From contig CAWIIB010000001.1 in the NCBI GenBank assembly GCA_963836075.1, positions 1,472,001 through 1,536,000 on the forward strand: a stretch of 64,000 nucleotides of DNA. Direction: 5' to 3'. This DNA comes from an uncultured Acidobacteriota bacterium (GTDB lineage: Bacteria > Acidobacteriota > JAQAZP01). The position numbers and the translations under genes are program-made. Shown here piece after piece: positions 51,963 to 61,606 of this stretch. The notes under the pieces are model-generated. The model was not told the origin of the DNA. It saw only the letters and a list, made by a program, of their open reading frames with translations, and searched no databases. Each line of letters opens with the position of its first letter. The first letter of the stretch is position 1.

Positions 51963-54641
51963 ATGAGACGGCACCGTTCCATCCTGACAAGTCTGATCGT
52001 TCTGCTTGCTCTGGTCATTGCGGCCCAGGGCCTGTGGGCCGCGGCTCCGGCCCAACCCGGTGCCGAATTCTTCACCAACGTCACCGACGATGTGGGCCTC
52101 ACCGGCATCATCGGCTACCGCCTCAACATCGCCGATCTCAACGGTGACGGCTACCCCGATATTTTCGCCCACCTGCCGCTGACCCATGCCACGGGGGACG
52201 TCCTGAACAAGGAGTTCATCTATCTCAACATGCCGGGCAGCGAGCCGGGCAGCCGGGAGTTCGTCGACTTCACCGAGGAGTCGGGAATCAGGGCCAACCG
52301 CCAGGGAACCACCGACGGGCGGCACACCGACTCGGGCATCTTCGCCGACGTGGACAACGACGGAGACGTGGATATCTTCACCCTGGTCTATCTCCATGAC
52401 AACTACACCCTGAACGAGGGCACCAACGAGCTGATGCTCAACGACGGCGACGCCCACTTCACCCTGGCGCCCAACTCGCCCTTCCACACCGAGCAGATCT
52501 GGAATACCGCCGGCGCGGTCTTTCTCGACTACAACAACGACTCCAACATCGACCTGTTCATCGGCAACTGGTACTATGTCAACAACCTGTCCAAGGACCA
52601 CCTCTACATGGGTCACGGGGACGGCAGTTTCACCAGGGTCTCGGTGGAAGCGGGCTTCGACGAAACATTCACCGCCATTTACGGCGTGGCCGCCTGCGAC
52701 TGGAACAACGACGGCTATACCGACATCTTCGCCCCGAGCTACAGCCACACCAGGCCCGCGGCACGGTCCCGCCACTGGCGCAACAACGGTGACGGCACCT
52801 TCACCGAGGTGCAGGAAGAGACTAACTACACCGAGTACACGGGGTACCAGTCGACCCGGGCCTCCTTCGGCTGCATGCCCGCCGACTTCGACAACGACGG
52901 CGATATCGACCTCTTCGAGATCCTGACCCACGGGCGGGGCGACGGCACCAGCGGCGTGCACTCCACGGTGCTGGTCAACGAGGACGATGTGTTCACCTGG
53001 GATTTCGCCGCGGTGGACGGCCGGAGCGACGAGGACCCGCTGATCACCCACCACGGTGATCACTACGCCAGCTGGTTCGACATCGAAAATGACGGCCTCT
53101 ATGACTTCGTCCTCACCGAATCGGCCTACGACAACAACCGCATCTATATCTTCAAGCAGGCGCCGGACCACACCTTCTCGCCGGTGACGGTGCAATCAGG
53201 GATCAACCAGATCAACCTCGACGACCTGCCGGTGCACAACGCCATGGGCTTCGACTACGACCGCGACGGCGACGAGGACCTGCTGGTGGGTATCGGCAAC
53301 GCCACCGACTCCATGCAGCTCTTCAGAAACGACGTGGGTCTCCAGAACAACTGGCTCAACATCACCCTGGAGGGCAAGGGCGAACCGGGGTTCAGCAACC
53401 GCAGCGCCATCGGCGCCCGGGTCAGCGTCACCGCCGGCGGCACCACCTGGACCCGCGAAGTCTATGCCGGCAACGGCCACCACGGGCCCCAGGTGCCTTT
53501 CTGCCTCTCCTTCGGGCTGGGCCAGGCCACCGTGGTGGACCGGGTGGAGATCCGCTGGCCCAACGCCAGCCTCTCCCGGACCCTGCTCACCGCCGTGCCG
53601 GTCAACTCCTTCATCACCGTTGCCGAGTGGGAAGACGAACCGACGATCATCGCCGGCCCCGGTCCGGCACAGGCCAACCCGCCCGAGGTGCGGGTCTTCA
53701 GCACCGGCAACACCGAGTCCCCGTTCTTCACCTTCACCGCCTATGGCGCCAGCCAGTACGGGGTCAATGTCTCCACCGGCCAGCTGGATGGCCAGGGCTA
53801 TCCGGAGATCGTCACCGGCGCCGGTCCCGGAGCCGTGTTCGGGCCCCACGTCCGCGGCTGGTCCATCGCCGGCGTGGCCATCCCGGGGGTGAACTTCCTG
53901 GCCTACGGCACGAACAAGTACGGGGTCAACGTGGCCCTGGGCGACCTGGACAACGACGGGTTCGACGAGATCATCACCGGCGCCGGGCCCGGAGCCGTGT
54001 TCGGACCCCACGTGCGCGGCTGGAACCACGACGGCACACCGGGGGTGGAACCCATTCCCGGGATCAGCTACTTCGCCTACGGCACACCCAAGTGGGGGGT
54101 CAACGTCACCTCCGGCGATATCGACGGCGACGGGTTCGACGAGATCGTCACCGGCGCCGGGCCCGGAGCGGTCTACGGCCCGCACGTCCGCGGCTGGAAC
54201 GTTGACGGCGGTGCGGCAGCGGCCATACCGGCGGTGAGCTTCTTCGCCTACGGTACGCTGAAGTTCGGGGTCAATGTCAGCTGCGGCGACGTGGACGGCG
54301 ACGGCATGGACGAGATCATCACCGGCGCCGGGCCGGGCGCGGTCTTCGGGCCCCACGTGCGGGGCTGGAACTATGACGGCGCCGCTCTGACCACCCTGCC
54401 CGGCTTCAGCTTCTTTGCCTGGGAGCCGTCCGAGGCCCGCTTCGGGGCCAATGTCGCCGCCGGGGCCGACCTGGACGAGGACGGCCGCAACGAGCTGGTG
54501 GTGGGCGCCGGCCCGGATCCCGACTTCGGCGCCATGATCAAGGTCTACACCTACAACGGGTCGGCGGTATCCCAGTGGCTCACGCTGGACGCCTTCCCCG
54601 GCCTGACCCACGGGGCCACGGTGGCGGCGGGGAGCATGTAA
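51963..54641 (+). CDS. Secreted CRTAC1/ASPIC-UnbV FG-GAP protein with CTD-B
   Basis: Signal; D.DNDGD.D repeats; NWL.I.L.G...NRSAIGARV...FGLG......EIRWP; CTD-B from ~53643. Confidence 0.92.
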   Translation: MRRHRSILTSLIVLLALVIAAQGLWAAAPAQPGAEFFTNVTDDVGLTGIIGYRLNIADLNGDGYPDIFAHLPLTHATGDVLNKEFIYLNMPGSEPGSREFVDFTEESGIRANRQGTTDGRHTDSGIFADVDNDGDVDIFTLVYLHDNYTLNEGTNELMLNDGDAHFTLAPNSPFHTEQIWNTAGAVFLDYNNDSNIDLFIGNWYYVNNLSKDHLYMGHGDGSFTRVSVEAGFDETFTAIYGVAACDWNNDGYTDIFAPSYSHTRPAARSRHWRNNGDGTFTEVQEETNYTEYTGYQSTRASFGCMPADFDNDGDIDLFEILTHGRGDGTSGVHSTVLVNEDDVFTWDFAAVDGRSDEDPLITHHGDHYASWFDIENDGLYDFVLTESAYDNNRIYIFKQAPDHTFSPVTVQSGINQINLDDLPVHNAMGFDYDRDGDEDLLVGIGNATDSMQLFRNDVGLQNNWLNITLEGKGEPGFSNRSAIGARVSVTAGGTTWTREVYAGNGHHGPQVPFCLSFGLGQATVVDRVEIRWPNASLSRTLLTAVPVNSFITVAEWEDEPTIIAGPGPAQANPPEVRVFSTGNTESPFFTFTAYGASQYGVNVSTGQLDGQGYPEIVTGAGPGAVFGPHVRGWSIAGVAIPGVNFLAYGTNKYGVNVALGDLDNDGFDEIITGAGPGAVFGPHVRGWNHDGTPGVEPIPGISYFAYGTPKWGVNVTSGDIDGDGFDEIVTGAGPGAVYGPHVRGWNVDGGAAAAIPAVSFFAYGTLKFGVNVSCGDVDGDGMDEIITGAGPGAVFGPHVRGWNYDGAALTTLPGFSFFAWEPSEARFGANVAAGADLDEDGRNELVVGAGPDPDFGAMIKVYTYNGSAVSQWLTLDAFPGLTHGATVAAGSM

Positions 54642-54813
54642 AGCCCTGTATGTGAATTGCTGAAAACTATCGACAGAACAGGATTTGCGATATACTCGTT
54701 GCATTGCAAAACTCTTCAGAGGAATACGCTATGTACGGCTGGTCGGCGCTCCGCGGACTTGAACGTACGTCATTCGATCACCGGGTCGGAGGGATGACAA
54801 CAAGGAGAAAATA

Positions 54814-55662
54814 ATGGTGAAGCCGACGAACCGTCGCTGGTTGATCACGATTGCCGCGCTGGCCATAGGACCGCTGGCCGCCGGTACCGACAGTCAGGCC
54901 ACAATGGCCGATGGGGAGAACCCGCTGGTGGAGCGCTGGGAATTCGACCTCGGCGGTTTCTTTCTCGGAGCCAACACCGATGTAACTCTCTACTCGAACG
55001 TTCTTGATCAGGGCACGCAGGTCAATCTGGAGGACGACCTGGGCTTCGACAGTTCAGGGACGAGCTTCCACATCAACGCTGCGGTCCGTCTGGGCCGCCG
55101 GCACCAGTTCTCGCTGGGCTATTTCCAGATGCCGCGGGATACGTTGGAGCAGATCAGCTTCGATCTGGAGTGGGGCGATGAAACGTTCCCGGTGAATGCC
55201 ACTGTCACAGGCTTTTTTGATCTGACCTTTCTGGAGTTCGGCTATGACTACTGGATTGTGACCAAGGACCGGACCGCCCTCTCCATCGGACTCAGTCTGT
55301 CCTGGGTCACTTTGAAAACCGGTCTGGGCGTTGAGGGTGTGGAGATCGGTGGCGTCGGCGCCGACATCAGCACCGATGTCCCGGTCCCCACGCTGGCCCT
55401 GGAGTTACGGCAGCACCTGGTTCAACGGTTGATCCTCGATGCCGGCCTGGGCTACATGACCCTCAGCCCCATACCGGATTACAAGGGCAATGTCTGGCGG
55501 AGCTTCATCGCCCTCGAGCACCACACCTGGGATCACATCGGGTTTGGCCTGAAATACAACTACGAGACGTACGACATCACCAAGGATGAGGGGACCCGCC
55601 TCGACTGGGACCTCGGTTTCGACCTCTCGGGGTTCGAAGCCTATCTTCACTTCATGTTCTGA
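54814..55662 (+). CDS. Outer-membrane beta-barrel protein
   Basis: Signal peptide, amphipathic beta strands, LEDDLGF motif, C-terminal Y.HF.F. Confidence 0.8.
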   Translation: MVKPTNRRWLITIAALAIGPLAAGTDSQATMADGENPLVERWEFDLGGFFLGANTDVTLYSNVLDQGTQVNLEDDLGFDSSGTSFHINAAVRLGRRHQFSLGYFQMPRDTLEQISFDLEWGDETFPVNATVTGFFDLTFLEFGYDYWIVTKDRTALSIGLSLSWVTLKTGLGVEGVEIGGVGADISTDVPVPTLALELRQHLVQRLILDAGLGYMTLSPIPDYKGNVWRSFIALEHHTWDHIGFGLKYNYETYDITKDEGTRLDWDLGFDLSGFEAYLHFMF

Positions 55663-55833
55663 TCTACTGCCACGGATCGTGCCGGCCTCACCAGGCCGGC
55701 GCGGTACGAGTGAAGCCCACCTGCCGTCCCGAAGGTGAATCCGAGGACGAGGGATTCATCGTCATCGCCAGGCGTCCCACGATTCCGGCCAGTCAGGGCG
55801 ACACCGCCGAACAGTGAATACGTCGAAAGAACT

Positions 55834-55875
55834 CGGCCCGCCCCGGGCCGTCTCTCGACGGCCCGGGGCGGGCCG
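55834..55875. terminator. Perfect 19-bp GC-rich hairpin between convergent genes
   Basis: cggcccgccccgggccgtc-tctc-gacggcccggggcgggccg; no U tract. Confidence 0.55.
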
Positions 55876-55895
55876 GATAGTGCGGAGCAGCAACT

Positions 55896-58800
55896 TCAGG
55901 GGGCGATCCCGATCACCGTACACTGGTCGAAGTTGGTGCTGCCCGAAGGGGCGTGCGGCGGCTGGTTGTACGGCGCCGGGGTCACATCCCGGGACATGAA
56001 GCTGAACAGGTTGTTGCCGATGACGTAGCCCAGGGCCGGGATGGTCTGGTTCCACTGGGTGACGGCGCTCTCCAGCGGCTGGATGGTCTGGTAGCCGCGC
56101 CGCCAGTTGGCGATGTGCTTGCCGCTGGCCAGGTCCACGTCCACCTGGGTGGCCACCCGCCGGAGACTGCTGCAGGTGTTGCTGACGGTGTATTTCATGT
56201 GCGAGGCAAAGGGAACCGTGCCCGCCGAAGGAATACAGCTCAGGTCATCCACGATGGTGGGGACAATCGACTTCTTGCCCCAGATCTCAATGTCGTCGAT
56301 GTTCCAACCACAGTATGTATTGGCACTGTCGGTGGGGCCCATGGTCCAGCGGACAGCCACGTCAGAGCGGCCGTCGGCCACCGCCGAGATGTCGATGTCC
56401 ATCGATACCCAGCTGCTGTCAACGATTTCAGTCTGGTTCTCCCACACCACTACCCAGGGGCCGCCTTCAGCGCTGACCCGGATGCAGGCATGGTCGTGGC
56501 CCGGGTCCTCCACCCCCAGCCAGCGCCGGAATTTCAGCCGGGTGTCGGTGCTGTCCGAACAGTCGAAGAGAGTGGTGGTCAGATGCTCCGCCAGCAGGTC
56601 GTTGGGATAGTCGCCGGCGAGGTTGTAGCCGTAAGCGTTGGTTCCCGTCCAGCCACTGACCGGGTCGGGTCCCCCGTTCTCGCCCCCGGCGCCCAGCGGC
56701 TGGCCCAGAGACCAGCCGCCCTCGGTGGTCCAGCCCGGGTTCCAGCCCAGCAGCCACTGCTGCTGCCGCACCGGATCACTGATCGGCGCCGCGATGTTGA
56801 CAATGCCCTTGGTGCTGTTGCTCAGCCCCGAGGGCGGGAAGGGCGGCTGGTTGAACGGTGCTGGAGTAACGTCGGTGACGATTACGTCGTAGGTGTTGAC
56901 TCCGATGCCGCTCCCGTCGGAATAGTCGTAGAGCTGGGTGTGGGTCTCCTTCTGGTCCGCACCGAGCACCATCGTCCCCTGCCAGTGTCCGGGCAGTTCG
57001 GTACCGTCGGCCAGGGTGACATCAACGTTGTAGGCCAGTGTCCGTTCCACCGGTGCGTAGCAGCCCGCGGTGAGCGAGCAGACGATTTCCACCGGCGCGG
57101 TGCCCGAGGCGGGAGTGCAGGTGAGGTCCACCCAGGGCAGCGCCGGGATGGAATCCACACCGAACCCGGTGAACGAATCACCCTCGCCGCTGAGGAAGTT
57201 GGCATACAACTGGTCGGTCCAGCTCTGGGTGGCCGTGATCTCGGTCTCCATGGCAATCCGCTCACCGCCGAGCTTCCAGTTGGTGAAACTGGAGTAGTCG
57301 ATGCCGTCATAGGTGACGGTCCATTCCAGGTGGTCATTAGACGAGTGAGTCACCCCGCCGCCGCCGGTGGCGTACACCGGGAAATCATCCCACCCGGTTC
57401 TGCCAGGCCACCACTTGATGATGGCGCCTTCGGTCTGGTCGAAGGTGCCGCTCCAGGTCTGTGGTTCACCGTAGTTTCCGGCCGGATCTCTCCGCCGGAC
57501 CGAGATCTCCCAGCTCTTGCCGGCCGCACCGGTGAGGAAGAGGATTCCCGGTTCGTTGGCCAGGCCCAGGGGCCCGTCACCGAACACGTTTCCACCCAGG
57601 CGGCAGGGCACGGTGAGGCTGAACGGCAGCTCAGCCAGGTTGAGCGAAACAGGATCCTGGCCATGGTAGGTGATGTCAGCATCGAGGAAGTAGTTTCTCC
57701 CGTCTTCGTACAGCCCGTGCTTCCAGTTCGGTGGGCTGTAATCGCCGGGTACGAAATTGTCGTCGTTCAGCACGTAGTCGACAAAATCCTTGAATATCGT
57801 ATTGGCCACCGACCGCGCTTCCGACGTGTGCCCGCCCTGCAGGGTGATGCATGAGGTGTGTTCGAGGCCGTTGTCGCTGAGCCAGTTGTCCATGTCGATG
57901 AAGTGGTTCAGCGGGAAGAAGCAGTCGTGTGAGCTGTAGGAGAGGAAGAGGTATTTCCCCTGCAGGGTTTGAAGGTTGTCCGAATGGTCCGGGCTCAACT
58001 GGTTGGCCTTCTGGACCATCGGCAGGTCTTCGGTTGCCGGGCCAAAGGCCGGGACCAGCAGGTCGGGGTTCATGCCGGCCGGCGGGTCGTAATCGTAGCG
58101 GAAGGCGCCGGGGCCCACATTGACGTTGTAGGTGCTGGCAAAGGCCGGATAGGTGGCCACCGGTATCTCACTCAACTTGCCCAGCGCCAGGGGGGAGATC
58201 ATGGCGAACACGCCGATGACCGAGTAGTCATACGTCTGACAGGCGGTGTTCTGAGCCAGGGTCAACGCGCTGAAACCGGCACGGGACCCGCCAAAGGCGA
58301 TGATCCGGTCCTTGTCGCACCCGTAGGTGTTGTGCAGCATCTGGATCAGCAGGTCCATCGCCTTCCGGGCCTGGTCGTTCACCCCCATGCAGTGGTATCC
58401 GCCGTTGTTCCAGCGAACATACACGACACCGCGGTTGTCCTCGTCAAAGAGGTAGGCATCCTTGACCCTGGTCAGGTTGTAGGGCAGTTCGTTGAACACC
58501 CCGCCATTGAGCCCCTTGCTGCCGTAGCCGGCCCCGCTGATCACCACCGGGTAGCGGTTTGCCGCATCGATGGAGAAGTGGGGCGGGAAGGTGATGGTGA
58601 ACATCGACTGTGTCGGGGTCTGCTCCACACCCTCGAGCATCACGTGGTTGACCACGATCTGGATCCGGTTGATGCCCGTCTGCAGATCCTCGATCCGGTT
58701 GAGGACATTCACCCCGTCGATCTCCGGCATGCAGTAGTCCTCCCAGGAGCGGAGCATCTCCTCCAGGGTACTGCTCCGCACGCCCAGGTCATCGGTGTAC

Positions 58801-59024
58801 ATCCAGTCGTAGTCGTTGTAGGCCGGGATGTAGTCCACCCGGCCCGGGTCGGGATCCAACCCGTATCCGGGATTGAAATACCCTTCCCCGGTCTCGGGAT
58901 TGGAGATGGTCCAGTTCGTGTTGATCACGAATGGATCGTCAGGGTCGTCGGCACTGGCGGTGAACGTGCATACCGCAAGGGCAAGCAGAATGAAACCGGC
59001 CACGGCCAAACTTCTCATCGTCAT
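55896..59024 (-). CDS. Large secreted alpha/beta-hydrolase-like protein + internal CTD-A + MAM/ConA-like module + terminal CTD-A
   Basis: Signal; YPVVI, DRIIAFGGSRAG elbow, SSHD, GGH; two DVTPAP(F/Y)NQPP modules. Confidence 0.88.
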   Translation of the reverse strand: MTMRSLAVAGFILLALAVCTFTASADDPDDPFVINTNWTISNPETGEGYFNPGYGLDPDPGRVDYIPAYNDYDWMYTDDLGVRSSTLEEMLRSWEDYCMPEIDGVNVLNRIEDLQTGINRIQIVVNHVMLEGVEQTPTQSMFTITFPPHFSIDAANRYPVVISGAGYGSKGLNGGVFNELPYNLTRVKDAYLFDEDNRGVVYVRWNNGGYHCMGVNDQARKAMDLLIQMLHNTYGCDKDRIIAFGGSRAGFSALTLAQNTACQTYDYSVIGVFAMISPLALGKLSEIPVATYPAFASTYNVNVGPGAFRYDYDPPAGMNPDLLVPAFGPATEDLPMVQKANQLSPDHSDNLQTLQGKYLFLSYSSHDCFFPLNHFIDMDNWLSDNGLEHTSCITLQGGHTSEARSVANTIFKDFVDYVLNDDNFVPGDYSPPNWKHGLYEDGRNYFLDADITYHGQDPVSLNLAELPFSLTVPCRLGGNVFGDGPLGLANEPGILFLTGAAGKSWEISVRRRDPAGNYGEPQTWSGTFDQTEGAIIKWWPGRTGWDDFPVYATGGGGVTHSSNDHLEWTVTYDGIDYSSFTNWKLGGERIAMETEITATQSWTDQLYANFLSGEGDSFTGFGVDSIPALPWVDLTCTPASGTAPVEIVCSLTAGCYAPVERTLAYNVDVTLADGTELPGHWQGTMVLGADQKETHTQLYDYSDGSGIGVNTYDVIVTDVTPAPFNQPPFPPSGLSNSTKGIVNIAAPISDPVRQQQWLLGWNPGWTTEGGWSLGQPLGAGGENGGPDPVSGWTGTNAYGYNLAGDYPNDLLAEHLTTTLFDCSDSTDTRLKFRRWLGVEDPGHDHACIRVSAEGGPWVVVWENQTEIVDSSWVSMDIDISAVADGRSDVAVRWTMGPTDSANTYCGWNIDDIEIWGKKSIVPTIVDDLSCIPSAGTVPFASHMKYTVSNTCSSLRRVATQVDVDLASGKHIANWRRGYQTIQPLESAVTQWNQTIPALGYVIGNNLFSFMSRDVTPAPYNQPPHAPSGSTNFDQCTVIGIAP

Positions 59025-59118
59025 CCCCCTTTGTTCTTTGTCCCCCTGAAACCGCACAGACACCCCGGCGGTTCACGGGACCTGCCTGAAAAATGTGGTC
59101 CACCGCTCGTCAGGAATA

Positions 59119-59145
59119 GATTCCTTTTTCCAGGAAAAAGGAATC
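59119..59145. promoter_or_regulatory. Perfect 27-bp palindrome, operator candidate
   Basis: gattcctttttcc-a-ggaaaaaggaatc, ~95 nt upstream of the 59024 start. Confidence 0.5.
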
Positions 59146-60162
59146 AGGGCAGCCGTACACGGGCGGGAGCCCTGCCCGGCCTGAAGGCCACCCTCTACTG
59201 CTGGTAAAGCTGGAACAAATCCGGAGAAACAGATCTATGGAGAAAAGATAAGCGCTGGGAATCAAAAAGTCAAACCGGGTGAAGCACTGCTAAAAGCTGT
59301 AGAATAAAGCCGTTCCAACAAAAAACAGACAAACGAATCATCGGTACATACCATTTTCACCAAATAAAAATAGTTGTTGCGCCTCGTCCTCGATTTACCT
59401 ATACATCTTCAGTGGCGTGACCACGCCCCACGTTTCATTCAACAAAATATGTGATCGACGGTATTGAGGATATCGGTGCACCCGATTTGACGGCAGCCGC
59501 AGACATCCTCAAATGGACGGACAAAGTATCTTCTTGCAATTGCTTATGGAGGTGACCATGGAACCCTAAAACCTGTCCCGAACACTGCGCCCTGGACCCG
59601 ATCCATTCAGCCGATGAGGCGGACTGACCGGTGCCCCCTTTCCCTTCAGCCTGACCTGCCTCCGCCGCACGGGACACACACAACCGAACCCCATTCGTCC
59701 CGGTTCATCTCATTCCGTAAGCGTGCCCATAACTGTCATTCTTGTCTTTTTTTCTGTGGAAGCCCGCCCCGCAGGAAAAAGATAAATGAACCCGGTGCGA
59801 GCTGTTTTGTTCCGTTCACATTTTTTTCAGAACTACGGTTAAGAAAAGTATCTCCCGGAGAACAGTATATTTTGAGAGCAGGAACGTCCCGAGTTTTCAT
59901 GTTGGGAGGCCATTGAAAAATTTCCGCATAGATTTCACAACCATTGAAAACGGATCGTTATGCCAGGTGCAGGCAACTGAATTTCCCTGCAGGTTTTCCT
60001 CAGAGATTTCGCAGTACGAATTGAAGAGCGGCGAAGCATTCCAGTCAGGTCCTCCGACGACCAGAATTTCAAACCAAATAACGTAGGTCCAGGCAATGGG
60101 TATTGCCGGTGTGGGGGGAAAGGAACCGTTTCTCTCGACATCCTGACCAGGGGAGGTAGGCC

Positions 60163-61413
60163 ATGAAATACGTACTTGTCGTTCTGGCGATCATGACATT
60201 CACGGTTTCCGGATTGATTGATCACTCACAACTTTCCGCAAACGGCGCTACGAGCGAACAGACCGGCCAGATGGTAGTGAGCGGCAGTGCTCCCCAGGCC
60301 TCACCCGGCTACAGGGCCATCCGGCTCCAGTGCATCGATCCGAAAGCAAACGCGCAGTTCGGACATGCCGTCGACATGGACGGCAACTATCTCGTCGTGG
60401 GCACCTGCTACGACGACCAGGCAGCCGGAAAAATCGGTCAGGTCTACGTTTTCCAGTTGGAGCAGGGCGAGTGGACTCCCTGTGCGAAGCTGCGCCCGGA
60501 AACTGCGCTGCCGGGCCCCTGGTTCGGCTGGTCGGTCTCCATATCCGGATCACGAATCCTGGTGGGAACCAGGGGTGGTCCGGCACATCTCTTCACCAGA
60601 ACGGGCGACCAGTGGGTCGAGGAGTGTCAGTTGGCGGAGACAAACCTTGATCCTGAAGACCAGTTCGGATGGTCGGTGAGTCTGTCCGGTACCCGTGCCG
60701 TGGTGGGGTGCTGGGCCGAGGCCGTATTTGTCTATCACCTGTCGGAGGGATCGTGGGCCAGGGAGGACGTGCTGCGGGTGGTCGGCCCGGATACCGTCAT
60801 CGGTTTTGGCGTCAGTGTCGCGGCGGACCGGGATACCATTCTCGTCGGGGCGCCGATGGATTCCGTCGGAGGCCTGTGGTCCGGGTCCGCGTATGTTTTC
60901 ACCCACGATGGAGAATCGTGGATCGAAGAGGCCCGGTTGACGGCATCGGACAGCGCCGCCGGCCAGGGATTCGGAAAACAGGTCGCCCTGAGCGGAGACC
61001 TGGTGATCGTCAGCGCTCCGGACTCGCAGGACCTCGCGGGCGCGTCCTATATATTCGGCCGCAGCAAGACCGGGTGGACCGAGGAAGCCAGACTCGATAC
61101 CGGCTGCACGAGGCCCTGCGATCTCTTCGGCGGATCGGTGACCATCGACGGCAACCGTGCCGCGGTGGGCGCCTGCGGGGTGAGCGAAGGAGACTGGTGG
61201 GGCGCCGGCGCCGTCTACGTCTTCAGCCGCTCGCTCGACCGGTGGAAACACGTTTCGACCCTCACTCCCCCACAGCGCCAGCAGGAGTGCTTTTTCGGCT
61301 ACACCGTCGCCCTCCAGGGGGGGCGAGTTCTCGTCGGGGCACATTGCCAGGATTGCCCGAAAGCCGGGGAGGACGCGGGAACGGCGTATGTCTTCGACTC
61401 AACAGTGAACTGA
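60163..61413 (+). CDS. Secreted FG-GAP (integrin-alpha-type) seven-blade propeller, no CTD
   Basis: FG.SV...G....VGA......G.AYVF repeats; signal peptide; GGAGG RBS. Confidence 0.92.
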   Translation: MKYVLVVLAIMTFTVSGLIDHSQLSANGATSEQTGQMVVSGSAPQASPGYRAIRLQCIDPKANAQFGHAVDMDGNYLVVGTCYDDQAAGKIGQVYVFQLEQGEWTPCAKLRPETALPGPWFGWSVSISGSRILVGTRGGPAHLFTRTGDQWVEECQLAETNLDPEDQFGWSVSLSGTRAVVGCWAEAVFVYHLSEGSWAREDVLRVVGPDTVIGFGVSVAADRDTILVGAPMDSVGGLWSGSAYVFTHDGESWIEEARLTASDSAAGQGFGKQVALSGDLVIVSAPDSQDLAGASYIFGRSKTGWTEEARLDTGCTRPCDLFGGSVTIDGNRAAVGACGVSEGDWWGAGAVYVFSRSLDRWKHVSTLTPPQRQQECFFGYTVALQGGRVLVGAHCQDCPKAGEDAGTAYVFDSTVN

Positions 61414-61606
61414 ATTGACCACGCCGGATACCGCCCGGGGGTGTCCGGAACCATCAACCACTGATCGGTGAAAGGGGGGTGATGCCATGCCCGTTATGCA
61501 ATGGCAGAGGATGAACGGGAAACGATTCAAGTCCGACCTTTCATGCTCAAGAGACCCGCATCCTCACTGAATGTATGTCGTCAGACAACTTCCGGAGGAG
61601 ACCGAG

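Larger units (their letters stand above)
1910..54638 (+). repeat. Dispersed CTD-B module (3 copies, ~1 kb each)
   Basis: Approximate positions: 1910-2914, 38627-39622, 53643-54638. Blade-by-blade conserved at protein and DNA level. Confidence 0.95.

Noticed and set aside
1910-54638. CTD-B internal repeats as a CRISPR array or non-coding repeat
   Set aside because: Repeats are in-frame, codon-degenerate and ~170 nt in period; no unique spacers or cas genes.
59400-60150. tRNA or known ncRNA in the long intergenic region
   Set aside because: No cloverleaf, T-loop consensus or recognisable Rfam motif seen.
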